Positions 31,830-40,922 of a stretch of DNA of 64,000 nucleotides are shown in pieces (the stretch's first letter is position 1; the number at the start of each line of letters is the position of its first letter). Under the pieces are notes generated by a model. It saw only the letters and a program-made list of their open reading frames with translations. It did not search any database and was not told the DNA's origin. Where the stretch lies: the NCBI GenBank assembly GCA_963699755.1, contig CAVOVB010000007.1:128001-192000 (forward strand). Reading direction: 5' to 3'. Both the position numbers and the translations under genes were made by a program. Source of the stretch: an uncultured delta proteobacterium (lineage in GTDB: Bacteria; Myxococcota_A; Polyangia; Polyangiales; Houyiibacteriaceae).

Positions 31830-32064
31830 TCCTAATAAAAATTTCTGTTGAGGCTCTAATGATGAGGGAAAGAAACCCCTTCTCCAAAGGAAAAATTCAC
31901 CCCCACTTTCTCGTTTGATCTTCGCAGACTAGAAACAACATGCAAGTTCGATTACCAAAAAAATTGACCCTTTAGGTGCAAAATTCGACTGTATTCCATT
32001 GTATTACAGTCTAAATTTAGTCCTGCAGGGTCTATTCTGGCATGTTAGCCTGACGTTTGTGCAG
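31830..32064. promoter_or_regulatory. AT-rich divergent promoter region with inverted repeat GACTGTA-N11-TACAGTC (31987-32011)
   Basis: Markedly AT-rich, with A-tracts; TTGACC at 31964; palindrome CTAAATTTAG at 32011-32020. Confidence 0.55.
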
Positions 32065-34275
32065 ATGAGTCAGACATGCATCCGCGGCAGCCTGAAGGGG
32101 GCGTTGGCTATCCTGCTACTCGGATCGGTGATCACCGTATCCGGCTGCAAGGAAGATCCCACCCTCTTTGGGGGTTGCTCAACCCAAGACATGAACGCCT
32201 GTCCCCGTTCGGATGGCTTCACCAACCCGTACGAGGGTCAGCTCGAGCTTCTTACCTGGCCCGAGACGCTTCGTAAGGCGAGCCTCGAGCTCACAGGCAA
32301 GCTCCCCACCGACGCGCAGCGAGCAGTCACGGAGGTCCACGGCCAGGTGGGGCTCGAAGCATCGCTGGCGGAGATGATGCGCGACCGCGGTTTCACCGAC
32401 CGCATGATCGAGCTCTACAACGATCATTTCCTGACGGACAAGTACCTCGGTCGCGAGAACGCGATCGAGCTTCTCGACGAAGAGGTCTGGCCGAACCTGC
32501 GCTGGTTTGAGAGTAGATTTCCAGGCGATGAAGACACGGCGTTGGTGACCAACGACTCGTTGGCGCGCGAGCCGCTCGAGCTGATCGCGCACGTGATCCA
32601 CGCCGAGCGCCCCTTCACCGAGATTCTGACGGCTGACTACACGATGGGGAATGCCTACTCGGCGATGTCGCTGATTGCGCTTCCCGACGTTCCGATTGGA
32701 CTCGGCAGCAATCCGGGCGCGTTCGAGGAGATCCACGTACCGGGAATTCCCCATGCGGGCATTCTCACCTCCCCGATGTTCCTCAACCGTTTCCCGACGA
32801 GCGACACGAACATCAACCGTCACCGTTCGCGCATGGCGTACTGGTTCTTCCTCGACATCGACATCAATCAGTTCGGAAGTCGTCCGGTCGACGCGAGCAG
32901 CGATTTCGGTGAAAACCCGACGCTCAACAATCCGGACTGTACCGTCTGCCACACGACGATGGATCCGGTCGCCGGTTTGTTCATGAACTGGAACGAGAAG
33001 GGCGAGTACAGCGGCAAGGGCGAATGGTTTGGGCCCGACTACATCTTGCCCCCGGGCTTCAACGGGGAAGCGCTGCCGGACCAGAACCGGAGAAATGCGC
33101 TTCAATGGTTCGCGCAGCGTGTCGCGCAGAACCCGAGGTTCGCTCAGGCCACCGTGAAGACGGTGTTCGAGGGACTCACTGGCCAAGAGATTCTCGACAT
33201 CACGCTGGGTGGGCCGCCCGACATGGGCGGAACGGGCGGCAGTGATGGTGCTGGCGGTACCGGCGGCATCGATGGTGTGGGTGGCATGGGCGGCGACCCT
33301 GGCCTTGGTGGCATGGGCGGCGACCCTGGCCTTGGTGGCGTGGGCGGCGACCCTGGCCTTGGTGGCGTGGGCGGCGACCCTGGCCTTGGTGGCGTGGGCG
33401 GCGTCGGTGGAGCGAATCCTCCACCACCTCCTCCTCTGCTTCCCGACGACAATGCAAACATCGACCCCAGCGTCGATCCGGCCCTCCAGCGTGCCTACAA
33501 CGTGCAGCAGCAGGTCTTGCGCACGATTCAGCAGCGCTTCATCGAAAGCGGGTACAACTTCAAGGTTCTGGTACGCGAAATCGTCTTGAGCCCTTACTTC
33601 CGCGCGAAGAACGCCAGCCCGCTCAGCGCGGACATGGAAAAAGAGCTTTCGACCTTTGGCACCGCCCGGCTCCTGACGCCCGAGCATCTGTCTCGCAAGA
33701 TCGAGGCGACCACGGGCGTGCGTTGGCGATCCAACCCGAATCGAAAGGACTACTTGCTCGACCAGTACCGTATCTTCTATGGCGGCATCGATTCGGACCT
33801 GGTGACGAAGCGCGTGACTGAGCCGAATGGCGTCATGGCAAGCCTCGCGCAGCGCATGGCTTACGAAGTGGCCTGCTCGGCGGTTCCCTACGACTTCTCG
33901 AAGCCAGCACATCAGCGGCTCCTGTTCCCGAGCATCGAACAGAATACCCCGCTCTCCGAAGCCTCGGACCAGGTGCGGGAAGCGGTTCGTCATCTGCACG
34001 ATCAGCTTCTGGGCGAAGAGCTCCCCGGGAGCGACGAGGAAGTCGCAGCGACGATGGTCGTTCTGATGGAAGCGTACAATTTAGGTCGGCAAGGCCTCGC
34101 CGATGAATCGGTGTCCGAGCAGCTCGCCGGTCCATGCCGCCTCAACAACGATCGAATCACCGGCGCAGATTTGCCGGACAACCGCCGAATCAACCGCGAC
34201 ACGGAGTACAGCATTCGCGCCTGGATGGCCGCGACGAGCTACCTCCTGTCGGATTACCGATACCTGTACGAGTGA
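32065..34275 (+). CDS. DUF1588/DUF1549/DUF1553-type (PSCyt/PSD-like) lipoprotein with a CxxCH motif
   Basis: Lipobox VSGC; LRKASLELTGKLPT, GILTSPMFL, CTVCHTTMDP and RLLTPEHL. Confidence 0.8.
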   Translation: MSQTCIRGSLKGALAILLLGSVITVSGCKEDPTLFGGCSTQDMNACPRSDGFTNPYEGQLELLTWPETLRKASLELTGKLPTDAQRAVTEVHGQVGLEASLAEMMRDRGFTDRMIELYNDHFLTDKYLGRENAIELLDEEVWPNLRWFESRFPGDEDTALVTNDSLAREPLELIAHVIHAERPFTEILTADYTMGNAYSAMSLIALPDVPIGLGSNPGAFEEIHVPGIPHAGILTSPMFLNRFPTSDTNINRHRSRMAYWFFLDIDINQFGSRPVDASSDFGENPTLNNPDCTVCHTTMDPVAGLFMNWNEKGEYSGKGEWFGPDYILPPGFNGEALPDQNRRNALQWFAQRVAQNPRFAQATVKTVFEGLTGQEILDITLGGPPDMGGTGGSDGAGGTGGIDGVGGMGGDPGLGGMGGDPGLGGVGGDPGLGGVGGDPGLGGVGGVGGANPPPPPPLLPDDNANIDPSVDPALQRAYNVQQQVLRTIQQRFIESGYNFKVLVREIVLSPYFRAKNASPLSADMEKELSTFGTARLLTPEHLSRKIEATTGVRWRSNPNRKDYLLDQYRIFYGGIDSDLVTKRVTEPNGVMASLAQRMAYEVACSAVPYDFSKPAHQRLLFPSIEQNTPLSEASDQVREAVRHLHDQLLGEELPGSDEEVAATMVVLMEAYNLGRQGLADESVSEQLAGPCRLNNDRITGADLPDNRRINRDTEYSIRAWMAATSYLLSDYRYLYE
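33280..33403 (+). repeat. Intragenic 27-bp tandem repeat, about 4.6 copies, encoding GG(M/V)GGDPGL
   Basis: Unit GGTGGCRTGGGCGGCGACCCTGGCCTT starts at 33280, 33307, 33334, 33361, with a partial copy at 33388. Confidence 0.95.
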
Positions 34276-34288
34276 GGGAGGACTAGCT

Positions 34289-35584
34289 GTGGATCGTCGT
34301 GACTTCTTACGAATGGCAAGCTGGGCAGGGCTGACGTGTGTTCTGCCGTCGGTGATGGACCCTCTGCGCGCGAGTGCTCAACCGATTAGCGGATCGGCCT
34401 ACACCGGCACGTATTGGATCTTCATGCACGCAGGTGGCGGTTGGGACCCGACTCACCTCTGCGACCCGAAGGGCCGCGCCAACGAGAATGAGAACAATCC
34501 TATGGGTCGCTTCCTCAAAAGCGACATTCGGACGGCCGGCAACATCGAGTACGCCCCGCTGGGCGATGACGGCACCGCGCTCGATGCGTTCTTTCAGACG
34601 CACTACGAGCGCCTGCTGATCATCAACGGGATGGACACGACCACCAACGGTCATGACCAGGGGACACGGGGTACCTGGAGTGGGCGCACGGCGGAGGGCC
34701 ATCCGCCAATTGGCGCACTGATCGCCGCTACCCACGGCCCCAATCTACCGATGCCCTTGATAGGCTACGGTGGATATCTCGATACACAGGGCGTCACCAA
34801 TGCCGTGCCGCTCGGCGATGGTGGTCTCCTGCACAACCTCGCACACCCTTCGCGCCCCGATCCGAGGGGCTCAGAGGAAAACTACTTCGGACACCCGGAC
34901 GTCCCCGGCATCGTGCAACGGGAACAGCAGCTGCGGCTTCTGAGAATGCAGGGTGAGCAGCGACTGCCACGCATTTGGAACGGACAGAACGAGCTCATGT
35001 TGGCTCGACTCGGACAGGACGACCTCAAGCGGGTCTCCGACTCGCTTCCGGAAGACTTCTCGAACAATCAGCTCGAACGACAGATTCAAGTCGCGCTGGC
35101 CGCCTACCAGGCGGGCCTCTCGGTGAGCGTCAGCGTCAGCCAGGGCGGCTTCGACACGCACGGCAACCATGATGGCAACCACCTGCCCCGACTCATCGAC
35201 TTCGTGAATGGCGCCAACTTCGCAATGCAGGAGGCAGAGCGAATGGGCATCGCCGACAAGGTCGCTGTCGTGATGGGGTCTGACTTCGGCCGGACGCCGG
35301 GATACAACAACGGCAACGGTAAGGACCATTGGCCGATCAGCAGCATGATGATGATGGGCCCGGGCATTCCAGGTAACCGCGTCGTTGGCGGCACCGACGA
35401 TCGACACGGTCTGCAGCTCATCGACCCGGTGACTTTGCAACCCACGGGTTCACCCGACACGGCTCAGGGGACCAGGCTCTCGATCGCCCACGTGCACCGG
35501 GCGTTGCGAAACCTCGCGGGCGTTCCCAACGACTTCAAGGCCGCGTTCCCGCTCGCGGGCGAAGACCTGCCGATCTTCGGCTAG
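34289..35584 (+). CDS. DUF1501 family Tat-exported protein
   Basis: DRRDFL Tat motif; GGWDP, GGFDTH, SDFGRTP and GKDHW motifs. Confidence 0.88.
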   Translation: MDRRDFLRMASWAGLTCVLPSVMDPLRASAQPISGSAYTGTYWIFMHAGGGWDPTHLCDPKGRANENENNPMGRFLKSDIRTAGNIEYAPLGDDGTALDAFFQTHYERLLIINGMDTTTNGHDQGTRGTWSGRTAEGHPPIGALIAATHGPNLPMPLIGYGGYLDTQGVTNAVPLGDGGLLHNLAHPSRPDPRGSEENYFGHPDVPGIVQREQQLRLLRMQGEQRLPRIWNGQNELMLARLGQDDLKRVSDSLPEDFSNNQLERQIQVALAAYQAGLSVSVSVSQGGFDTHGNHDGNHLPRLIDFVNGANFAMQEAERMGIADKVAVVMGSDFGRTPGYNNGNGKDHWPISSMMMMGPGIPGNRVVGGTDDRHGLQLIDPVTLQPTGSPDTAQGTRLSIAHVHRALRNLAGVPNDFKAAFPLAGEDLPIFG

Positions 35585-35961
35585 GTCAGCGACCAGAGGA
35601 CGAGCCCTCCGATCGCCGTGGCGAGGAGCGACCAGAGGCGCATGACGAACGGGGAGTGGCCGGTCCACCATCGGAGCACGCCTTCGAAGCGCTCGTAGCC
35701 GACGAGCGGGAGGCTTGCTGCGCTCAGGATCGCAATCGCGCCCAGCACGTGCAGGAGGACCGGTGAGCGGGTATCAGGCGCGGCGAACCAGAGCGCGAGC
35801 CCAAAGCAAAGGCGTAGGAGCACGGCGAGCCAAAACCCGGACTTCGAGCTCCACCCCGAGATGAAGGCAAAGATCGAACCCGGTGCGAAGACACCCCATG
35901 CACCCATCACGAAGATGAAGAGCGCCACGGCAAGCGCGAGCAGCGCAAACACGATATCCAC
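35581..35961 (-). CDS. Hypothetical membrane protein (about 4 TM)
   Basis: Hydrophobic ORF convergent with the DUF1501 gene. Confidence 0.72.
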   Translation of the reverse strand: MDIVFALLALAVALFIFVMGAWGVFAPGSIFAFISGWSSKSGFWLAVLLRLCFGLALWFAAPDTRSPVLLHVLGAIAILSAASLPLVGYERFEGVLRWWTGHSPFVMRLWSLLATAIGGLVLWSLT

Positions 35962-36048
35962 CCCAGCGAAGAGACCGGAAATCAGTCCCTGAGCGCGGTG
36001 ACGATAAGATGCCGCGGCCTCGGGCGCAACGTTGTAGAGCCAAGCGCT

Positions 36049-36966
36049 TCAGAACGCCGCACCACCGCCGATGCGCAGGCCCCAGACCTGACGGTCGTCG
36101 AAGGAGAAGCCGTACGGGTTGTCGATGTTGATGTTGAGGCGGATCGCACCGAAGGCGTTGTCCTTGCCAAAGCGCAGATAGGGCTCGACCGCAAGCTGCG
36201 TGTTCGCGGCCTTGAACTTGGGAATCAGCACCAGGCTGAAGCGAGAGCCAACTCGAAGCCAATCAGTCGCCTGATAGCCCATCATCCCCACCATCTGCAT
36301 GATGAAGTCGGTCTTGGAGGTCCGGTTGTTCCTATCGTCTATCTTGATCATCGCGCCGGTATCGAGGTAGGCGCCCCAGAGGAAACCGCTTGGCTTGTTT
36401 CGCTCGAGAGCGATGGGGACGATGACGCTCACCGAATGCGCGTCCCAGAGCCAGTACATGGTGTTTCCGCGCAAGGCGGCAGCCAGAGTGTAAGCAGATT
36501 GCGCGGCCCCGCGGAAACGTTCGTCCAGGCTTTCCGGGACAGTTGCAGCGGGAATGGTGGCACCAACTCCTATTCGATAGGAAAACTGCCCCTTCTTGCC
36601 TTGGTAGTGGAATACTGCGTAGGGATTGCCTACGCGAAACGCGTTCTCGGCAGGGACATCGACGTCGGTCGAGCGATCGACGTTGGCGTAGGACATGCCC
36701 CAGACGACCTGAAAAAGAACGTTGTACGCAAGCTGCAACCGCATCTCGATCAGGGGGCTGACCACGATGGAGCGCTGGTCGCCTTCAAGCTTTCCGCCAA
36801 ACACGCCGATCTCGCCAAGGATGTGAAAACGCTTGGTGTGCGCCTTTACGCCATCGTCGAGGCTGTACGGCTCGTCCGGGAATGCGCGCGCCTGACCGGG
36901 CGCCAACCAGAGCGCAGCAGCGGCTAATAGACCAACAACTCCCCAACCACGAAGCACAGACATCAT
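36049..36966 (-). CDS. Hypothetical secreted / outer-membrane beta-barrel protein
   Basis: Signal peptide ending ARA; amphipathic beta strands; C-terminal Phe. Confidence 0.72.
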   Translation of the reverse strand: MMSVLRGWGVVGLLAAAALWLAPGQARAFPDEPYSLDDGVKAHTKRFHILGEIGVFGGKLEGDQRSIVVSPLIEMRLQLAYNVLFQVVWGMSYANVDRSTDVDVPAENAFRVGNPYAVFHYQGKKGQFSYRIGVGATIPAATVPESLDERFRGAAQSAYTLAAALRGNTMYWLWDAHSVSVIVPIALERNKPSGFLWGAYLDTGAMIKIDDRNNRTSKTDFIMQMVGMMGYQATDWLRVGSRFSLVLIPKFKAANTQLAVEPYLRFGKDNAFGAIRLNINIDNPYGFSFDDRQVWGLRIGGGAAF

Positions 36967-37084
36967 TCATCCCCCACGAAGAAAAGACCCCCCTTTTCTT
37001 CTTCGCTTCACTATAGACAGTGCGCGCCGTCGGGGCTCGCGTTCCGCCGTCAGCGGAACCCAGATCGTGCACTTGATCGTTCGT

Positions 37085-38182
37085 TCAGGGCTGGACAGCA
37101 ACGTAGGACGGGCCAGCACCATCGAGCCAGCTGATCGCCCGTACGGCTCCGGATTCGAGATCGATGACCGAGAGCTTCTTGTCCGCCGCGTGCGCCACGA
37201 AGGCAAAGCTATCAGTTCGGTCCACGGCTGCGGTGAGCACGAAGGGGCCACCAGGAATCGCGGCGGGCTCCGAGGGGACGAGCAGGTCGCCGTTCCGCGC
37301 AATGGTCACCAGATACGAGCCGGTCCCCGCTGGCGCAAGAATCTGACCTCGGCTCGGCATGTAGGTCACGCCATAGGGAGCGCCTGCAGCGTACGCAAAG
37401 CGGTCGATCACCGACGGCGATCGGGGATCGCTGGTGTCGACGAGTGTGACGTCGAAGCTGAGGCTGTTTGCCACGACGACGCGGGTTTCATCGTCGAGGA
37501 AGGTGACGTCGGAGGGGTCGTTTCCCGTTGGAACCAGGGGGCTGAGCGTCCCCTCTACGTCTGCAATTTCGAAGACGCGAATGCCACCCCCTCCGCCTGC
37601 GATGTTGACCACGCCGAGCGTTCCATCGGGACTCAGGGCAACTTGTTCGGGCCTGTCGCCAACGGTGAGCTCCTTGACGACTACCTTCCGGACGATGTCG
37701 ATGACCGAGAGCGTATCGCCGGGCGCGTCGGCTGTCCCATAGTTGGCGGTGTATGCGATCGCACCGTCTGCGCTGATCGCGATTCCCAGCGGAATGTCCT
37801 CGGTGGCGACCTCGGTCGCATCACCCGAATCCAAGTCGACGATCAGCAGCGTGCCTCCGGACGGAATCTCGGGAGAGCCGACGAGCGTGCTGATGAATTC
37901 GTTGTCGAAGAACGCGGGGCCGACCGCAACGACAGCCGTCTTGCCGTCCGGGGTGATCTCGAGCTCGATTGGGCCCGGCTCCCAGTCGGAAAGATCGATC
38001 CTCCGCACGATGCAAGCTTCACCGTCGCTCGCACCGTCGGTGAGCCGGTCGTAGTCGAGGAGTGTCAAGGACTGATTCAGCCAATCGGCGGTGATCACGA
38101 GCCGAGGCGCGTCCGACGCTTCGCAGCCGCAGAGCCCCATGCCGAGAACATACAAGGCCAGCCAGCCCCGACGACGAATCAT
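37085..38182 (-). CDS. YncE/YVTN-type beta-propeller lipoprotein
   Basis: Lipobox LCGC; repeats P.GIAISADG..AYTAN...TLSVID. Confidence 0.82.
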   Translation of the reverse strand: MIRRRGWLALYVLGMGLCGCEASDAPRLVITADWLNQSLTLLDYDRLTDGASDGEACIVRRIDLSDWEPGPIELEITPDGKTAVVAVGPAFFDNEFISTLVGSPEIPSGGTLLIVDLDSGDATEVATEDIPLGIAISADGAIAYTANYGTADAPGDTLSVIDIVRKVVVKELTVGDRPEQVALSPDGTLGVVNIAGGGGGIRVFEIADVEGTLSPLVPTGNDPSDVTFLDDETRVVVANSLSFDVTLVDTSDPRSPSVIDRFAYAAGAPYGVTYMPSRGQILAPAGTGSYLVTIARNGDLLVPSEPAAIPGGPFVLTAAVDRTDSFAFVAHAADKKLSVIDLESGAVRAISWLDGAGPSYVAVQP

Positions 38183-38260
38183 CGGGCGAGTATACGGAAT
38201 TTGCTGGTTTCAAGAAGGGCGATCTTCCCAGCGTGGGTCCTGCGTTGAAGAGCGCGGCGA

Positions 38261-39196
38261 TTAAGCGAACTTTCGGCTCCGGATCCTGCACTGACGCGTG
38301 AGCGCCTCGTCCAAGTCCTCATAGCGATGCACCAGGGTGGCGGGCAGAGGATAATTCGAGAGCTCGTGCTGCTCCGGAATCCCAACCCAAACCTCGCTTT
38401 GCTTGGCGAGGCTCGTGATGCCGGCAATCAGTTGGTCTCTTTCGCCAGGCTCACAATCTCGTGCGATGCTCAAGAGGACGAGTGTGGCCCCGCTTTGCTC
38501 CGCAGCGTCGGCGATCTCTTCAAACGGCATGTGTGTGCCCAGATAGATCGGCTCAAACCCCCGACCCGCGGCCATGAAGGCGCCGATGATGGCGCCGAAC
38601 TCGTGCAGGTGCCGTGGAGGGGTCGCGACGATGATTCGCGGAGCCCCGCTGCCGGGTTGTTCGTGGCGAAGAAGTGTGCCGAGCAGGCTACGAAGCTGTC
38701 CGGAGATGATGTGCTCGTGCGCGATCCGAAGCCGCTCGGCTCGCCAGGCCTCACCGACATGACGCATCAAAGGTACGATCACCTCGAGCGTCAAGGTCAT
38801 TGGCGGAAGAATGGCGGCCGTGCGGGTCAGGATCGATTCCGCGCGCTGCACGTCGTACTCGAAGATCGCCTTGAGGTAGTCTTCTACGATGGCCGCATAG
38901 AGCGAAGCCTGGCTCCCGGTGTCGGAGCAGCTCTCTCCGATGAGCCGTCTTAGCTCCGCATCGGGGAGCTGGACGATCTGACCAATCGAATGACCAAGCT
39001 CGGTGGCTCGTCTGAGCAGAACCAGCCGACGGACCTGGGCGCCACTGTACCTGCGCTTGTTTCCGTCGGTCCGATTCGGTTCGACGGCGCGGTAGCGCCG
39101 CTCCCAGACGCGGATCGTATCCGCAGACAAGCCGGTCAGTCGAGAAACGACCCGCATGGGATACAGACCACTGATTTCTTTGACGTTGTTATTCAT
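38261..39196 (-). CDS. carH: MerR-family, cobalamin-binding transcriptional regulator (CarH/LitR-type photoreceptor)
   Basis: IRVWERRY wHTH; W-x9-EH (WRAERLRIAHEH); HLHEFG B12 His; YLG. Confidence 0.85.
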   Translation of the reverse strand: MNNNVKEISGLYPMRVVSRLTGLSADTIRVWERRYRAVEPNRTDGNKRRYSGAQVRRLVLLRRATELGHSIGQIVQLPDAELRRLIGESCSDTGSQASLYAAIVEDYLKAIFEYDVQRAESILTRTAAILPPMTLTLEVIVPLMRHVGEAWRAERLRIAHEHIISGQLRSLLGTLLRHEQPGSGAPRIIVATPPRHLHEFGAIIGAFMAAGRGFEPIYLGTHMPFEEIADAAEQSGATLVLLSIARDCEPGERDQLIAGITSLAKQSEVWVGIPEQHELSNYPLPATLVHRYEDLDEALTRQCRIRSRKFA

Positions 39197-39347
39197 GACT
39201 AAAATGGCACAGGAACGAGCACCCACGAGATCGAAACACGGTCAGTTGCCTGACGATGGATGGGGTGGTGGTTGCAACATTCATCTTGCGTGCTCCTGCA
39301 GTGAGTACCCGCCCTGCGCCGGGAGAAGTGAAGTCACCCGCCCGTTT

Positions 39348-40757
39348 TCAGGCGACCTCGGGTTGATTGAGAGCTTGGGAAGGACCCCTCGCTCTGGCTA
39401 GATGCGCCGCGAAGCGTTTCATGAGCCAACTATGAAAGAAGGCCTGCGTGCAGAGGTAGAAGAGCCAGGGCAAGCGGGGCTGATAGTCATGAACGACGGT
39501 GAGGAGCGTCCGTCCTCCGAGGACCTGCCTGAGCTCGAAGCGAGGCTTGCCACCCTCGCGGGCAAGCAGGCCACCGGTCACGTAGAAGAGCTGCCGATCG
39601 GAGCTGCTGCGATCTCTGGCCCGACGTAGCTCGAGCAAAGAGCGACGTAGTGGGGCCCAGACGAAACCAAATCGGTCGCTCGAGAGGAGATCGACCCGCA
39701 AGAAGCCGGTCAGGAACCTAGGAAGCCAGAGCAGATACTCATCGGCCGCCTGCCGAGCCGTCCAGCCAAGAGGAAGCTCCATGCGCTGCACCGAGCGCAC
39801 CAGGGCCTTCGACGAGGATGCGCCACGGAATGCGTGTGGGTCCCTGCCATCGGACTCCGCCACTGCTCGTTGTACCGCCTCCCCAGTAGGCGTCCGCCGA
39901 AGTCCAAGCTGTTCAGCCAGCCCCTTGTCCGGACTCACCATTTCGTGCTTGAGACTCTCGACTAGTGGGCCGACCAAGGCCTTGGGCGCACCGGTGATCA
40001 GCGTGACCCACAGCCGCGAAAGACCTGGTGAGAGAAACCGGGATGGGATGAAGAATCGGCGCTTTCCCAGCGCCGCGGCGGTAAGCGCCATCAGGTGCTT
40101 GTACGTAACCACGTCAGCCGCACCGACGTCATAGGAGCGATCGTAGTGTTCTTCTCGGCCGACGACACCGCTGATCAGACCAACGACATCGCTCAGCGCG
40201 ATGGCCTGCATCTTGGTGTTGGTCCATCGTGGACAGATCATCACCGGCAAGCGCTGGACGAGGCGAGACATGATCTGAAACGATGATCCCTGGCCACCGA
40301 GGATCAATCCTGCGCGCAGGGTCGTTACCGGGACAACGTGTCCAGCAAGCGTCTCCGCCACCTCGCAGCGGCTCCGCAAATGCTTCGAGAGCTCAGTGCC
40401 CTCTGGTGTGAGCCCACCAAGAAAGACAATCTGCTTCACACCCGCCGCCGCAGCCGCCCGTGCGAAGTTGTCTGCACAGACCACATCGAGGTCAGCGAAG
40501 TCACCCTGCGTCAGCCGCGCGGACGGCATCATGTTGTGAACGAGGTAGACCGCATACTCGACGCCTTCCAGCGCTCCTTCGGCCTCCCTCAGAGAAAACA
40601 GGTCGCACATTCGGTACTCGTCGAACCCGGCGCCCGGCTCCCGCATCGAGCGGGAGAGGCCAACGACGTGAAAAGAGTCCGACAAGGCAGGAGCGAGCGC
40701 ACGGCCGACGAAGCCCGAAGCGCCCGCGATCGCGACTTTTGGCCGACTCCTACCCAT
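39348..40757 (-). CDS. NAD(P)-binding atypical SDR with C-terminal extension (YbjT-like)
   Basis: GASGFVG, AVYLVH, HLRSR.EV and LRAGLILG..GSSF motifs. Confidence 0.85.
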   Translation of the reverse strand: MGRSRPKVAIAGASGFVGRALAPALSDSFHVVGLSRSMREPGAGFDEYRMCDLFSLREAEGALEGVEYAVYLVHNMMPSARLTQGDFADLDVVCADNFARAAAAAGVKQIVFLGGLTPEGTELSKHLRSRCEVAETLAGHVVPVTTLRAGLILGGQGSSFQIMSRLVQRLPVMICPRWTNTKMQAIALSDVVGLISGVVGREEHYDRSYDVGAADVVTYKHLMALTAAALGKRRFFIPSRFLSPGLSRLWVTLITGAPKALVGPLVESLKHEMVSPDKGLAEQLGLRRTPTGEAVQRAVAESDGRDPHAFRGASSSKALVRSVQRMELPLGWTARQAADEYLLWLPRFLTGFLRVDLLSSDRFGFVWAPLRRSLLELRRARDRSSSDRQLFYVTGGLLAREGGKPRFELRQVLGGRTLLTVVHDYQPRLPWLFYLCTQAFFHSWLMKRFAAHLARARGPSQALNQPEVA

Positions 40758-40842
40758 TCACGTCTACATGTTGTCTAGTTCTTGGCTGTCAATAGAGAGA
40801 CAAGCATTAGACGATAGAGAATGCTTGCCAGATTCGATGAGA

Positions 40843-40872
40843 TGAAACATGTTCTAGTGAAACATGTTCTAG
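40843..40872 (+). promoter_or_regulatory. Two tandem copies of TGAAACATGTTCTA, each a perfect match to the KstR operator TnnAACnnGTTnnA
   Basis: 15-bp direct repeat at 40843 and 40858; overlaps a candidate -10 located 17 bp after TTGCCA (40825); directly upstream of kshA-like/hsaA genes. Confidence 0.72.
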
Positions 40873-40922
40873 TTGCCCGGCGCGTCGCCCGGGTCGCGGT
40901 GAAACGACGAGTGGAGCTTCCA

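Noticed and set aside
33280..33403. Possible CRISPR array
   Set aside because: Head-to-tail repeats with no spacers, in frame within a CDS; no cas genes
32179..33999. 606-aa minus-strand ORF with AAHATKARV repeats
   Set aside because: Antisense shadow of the DUF1588-type gene and its VNTR
36978..37001. GAAGAAAAG/CTTTTCTTC hairpin as a terminator
   Set aside because: AU-rich 9-bp stem without a following U-tract on the transcribed strand; function cannot be supported
35998..38248. Long plus-strand ORFs 35998-36927 and 37067-38248
   Set aside because: Antisense to well-formed genes with signal peptides; no recognisable features
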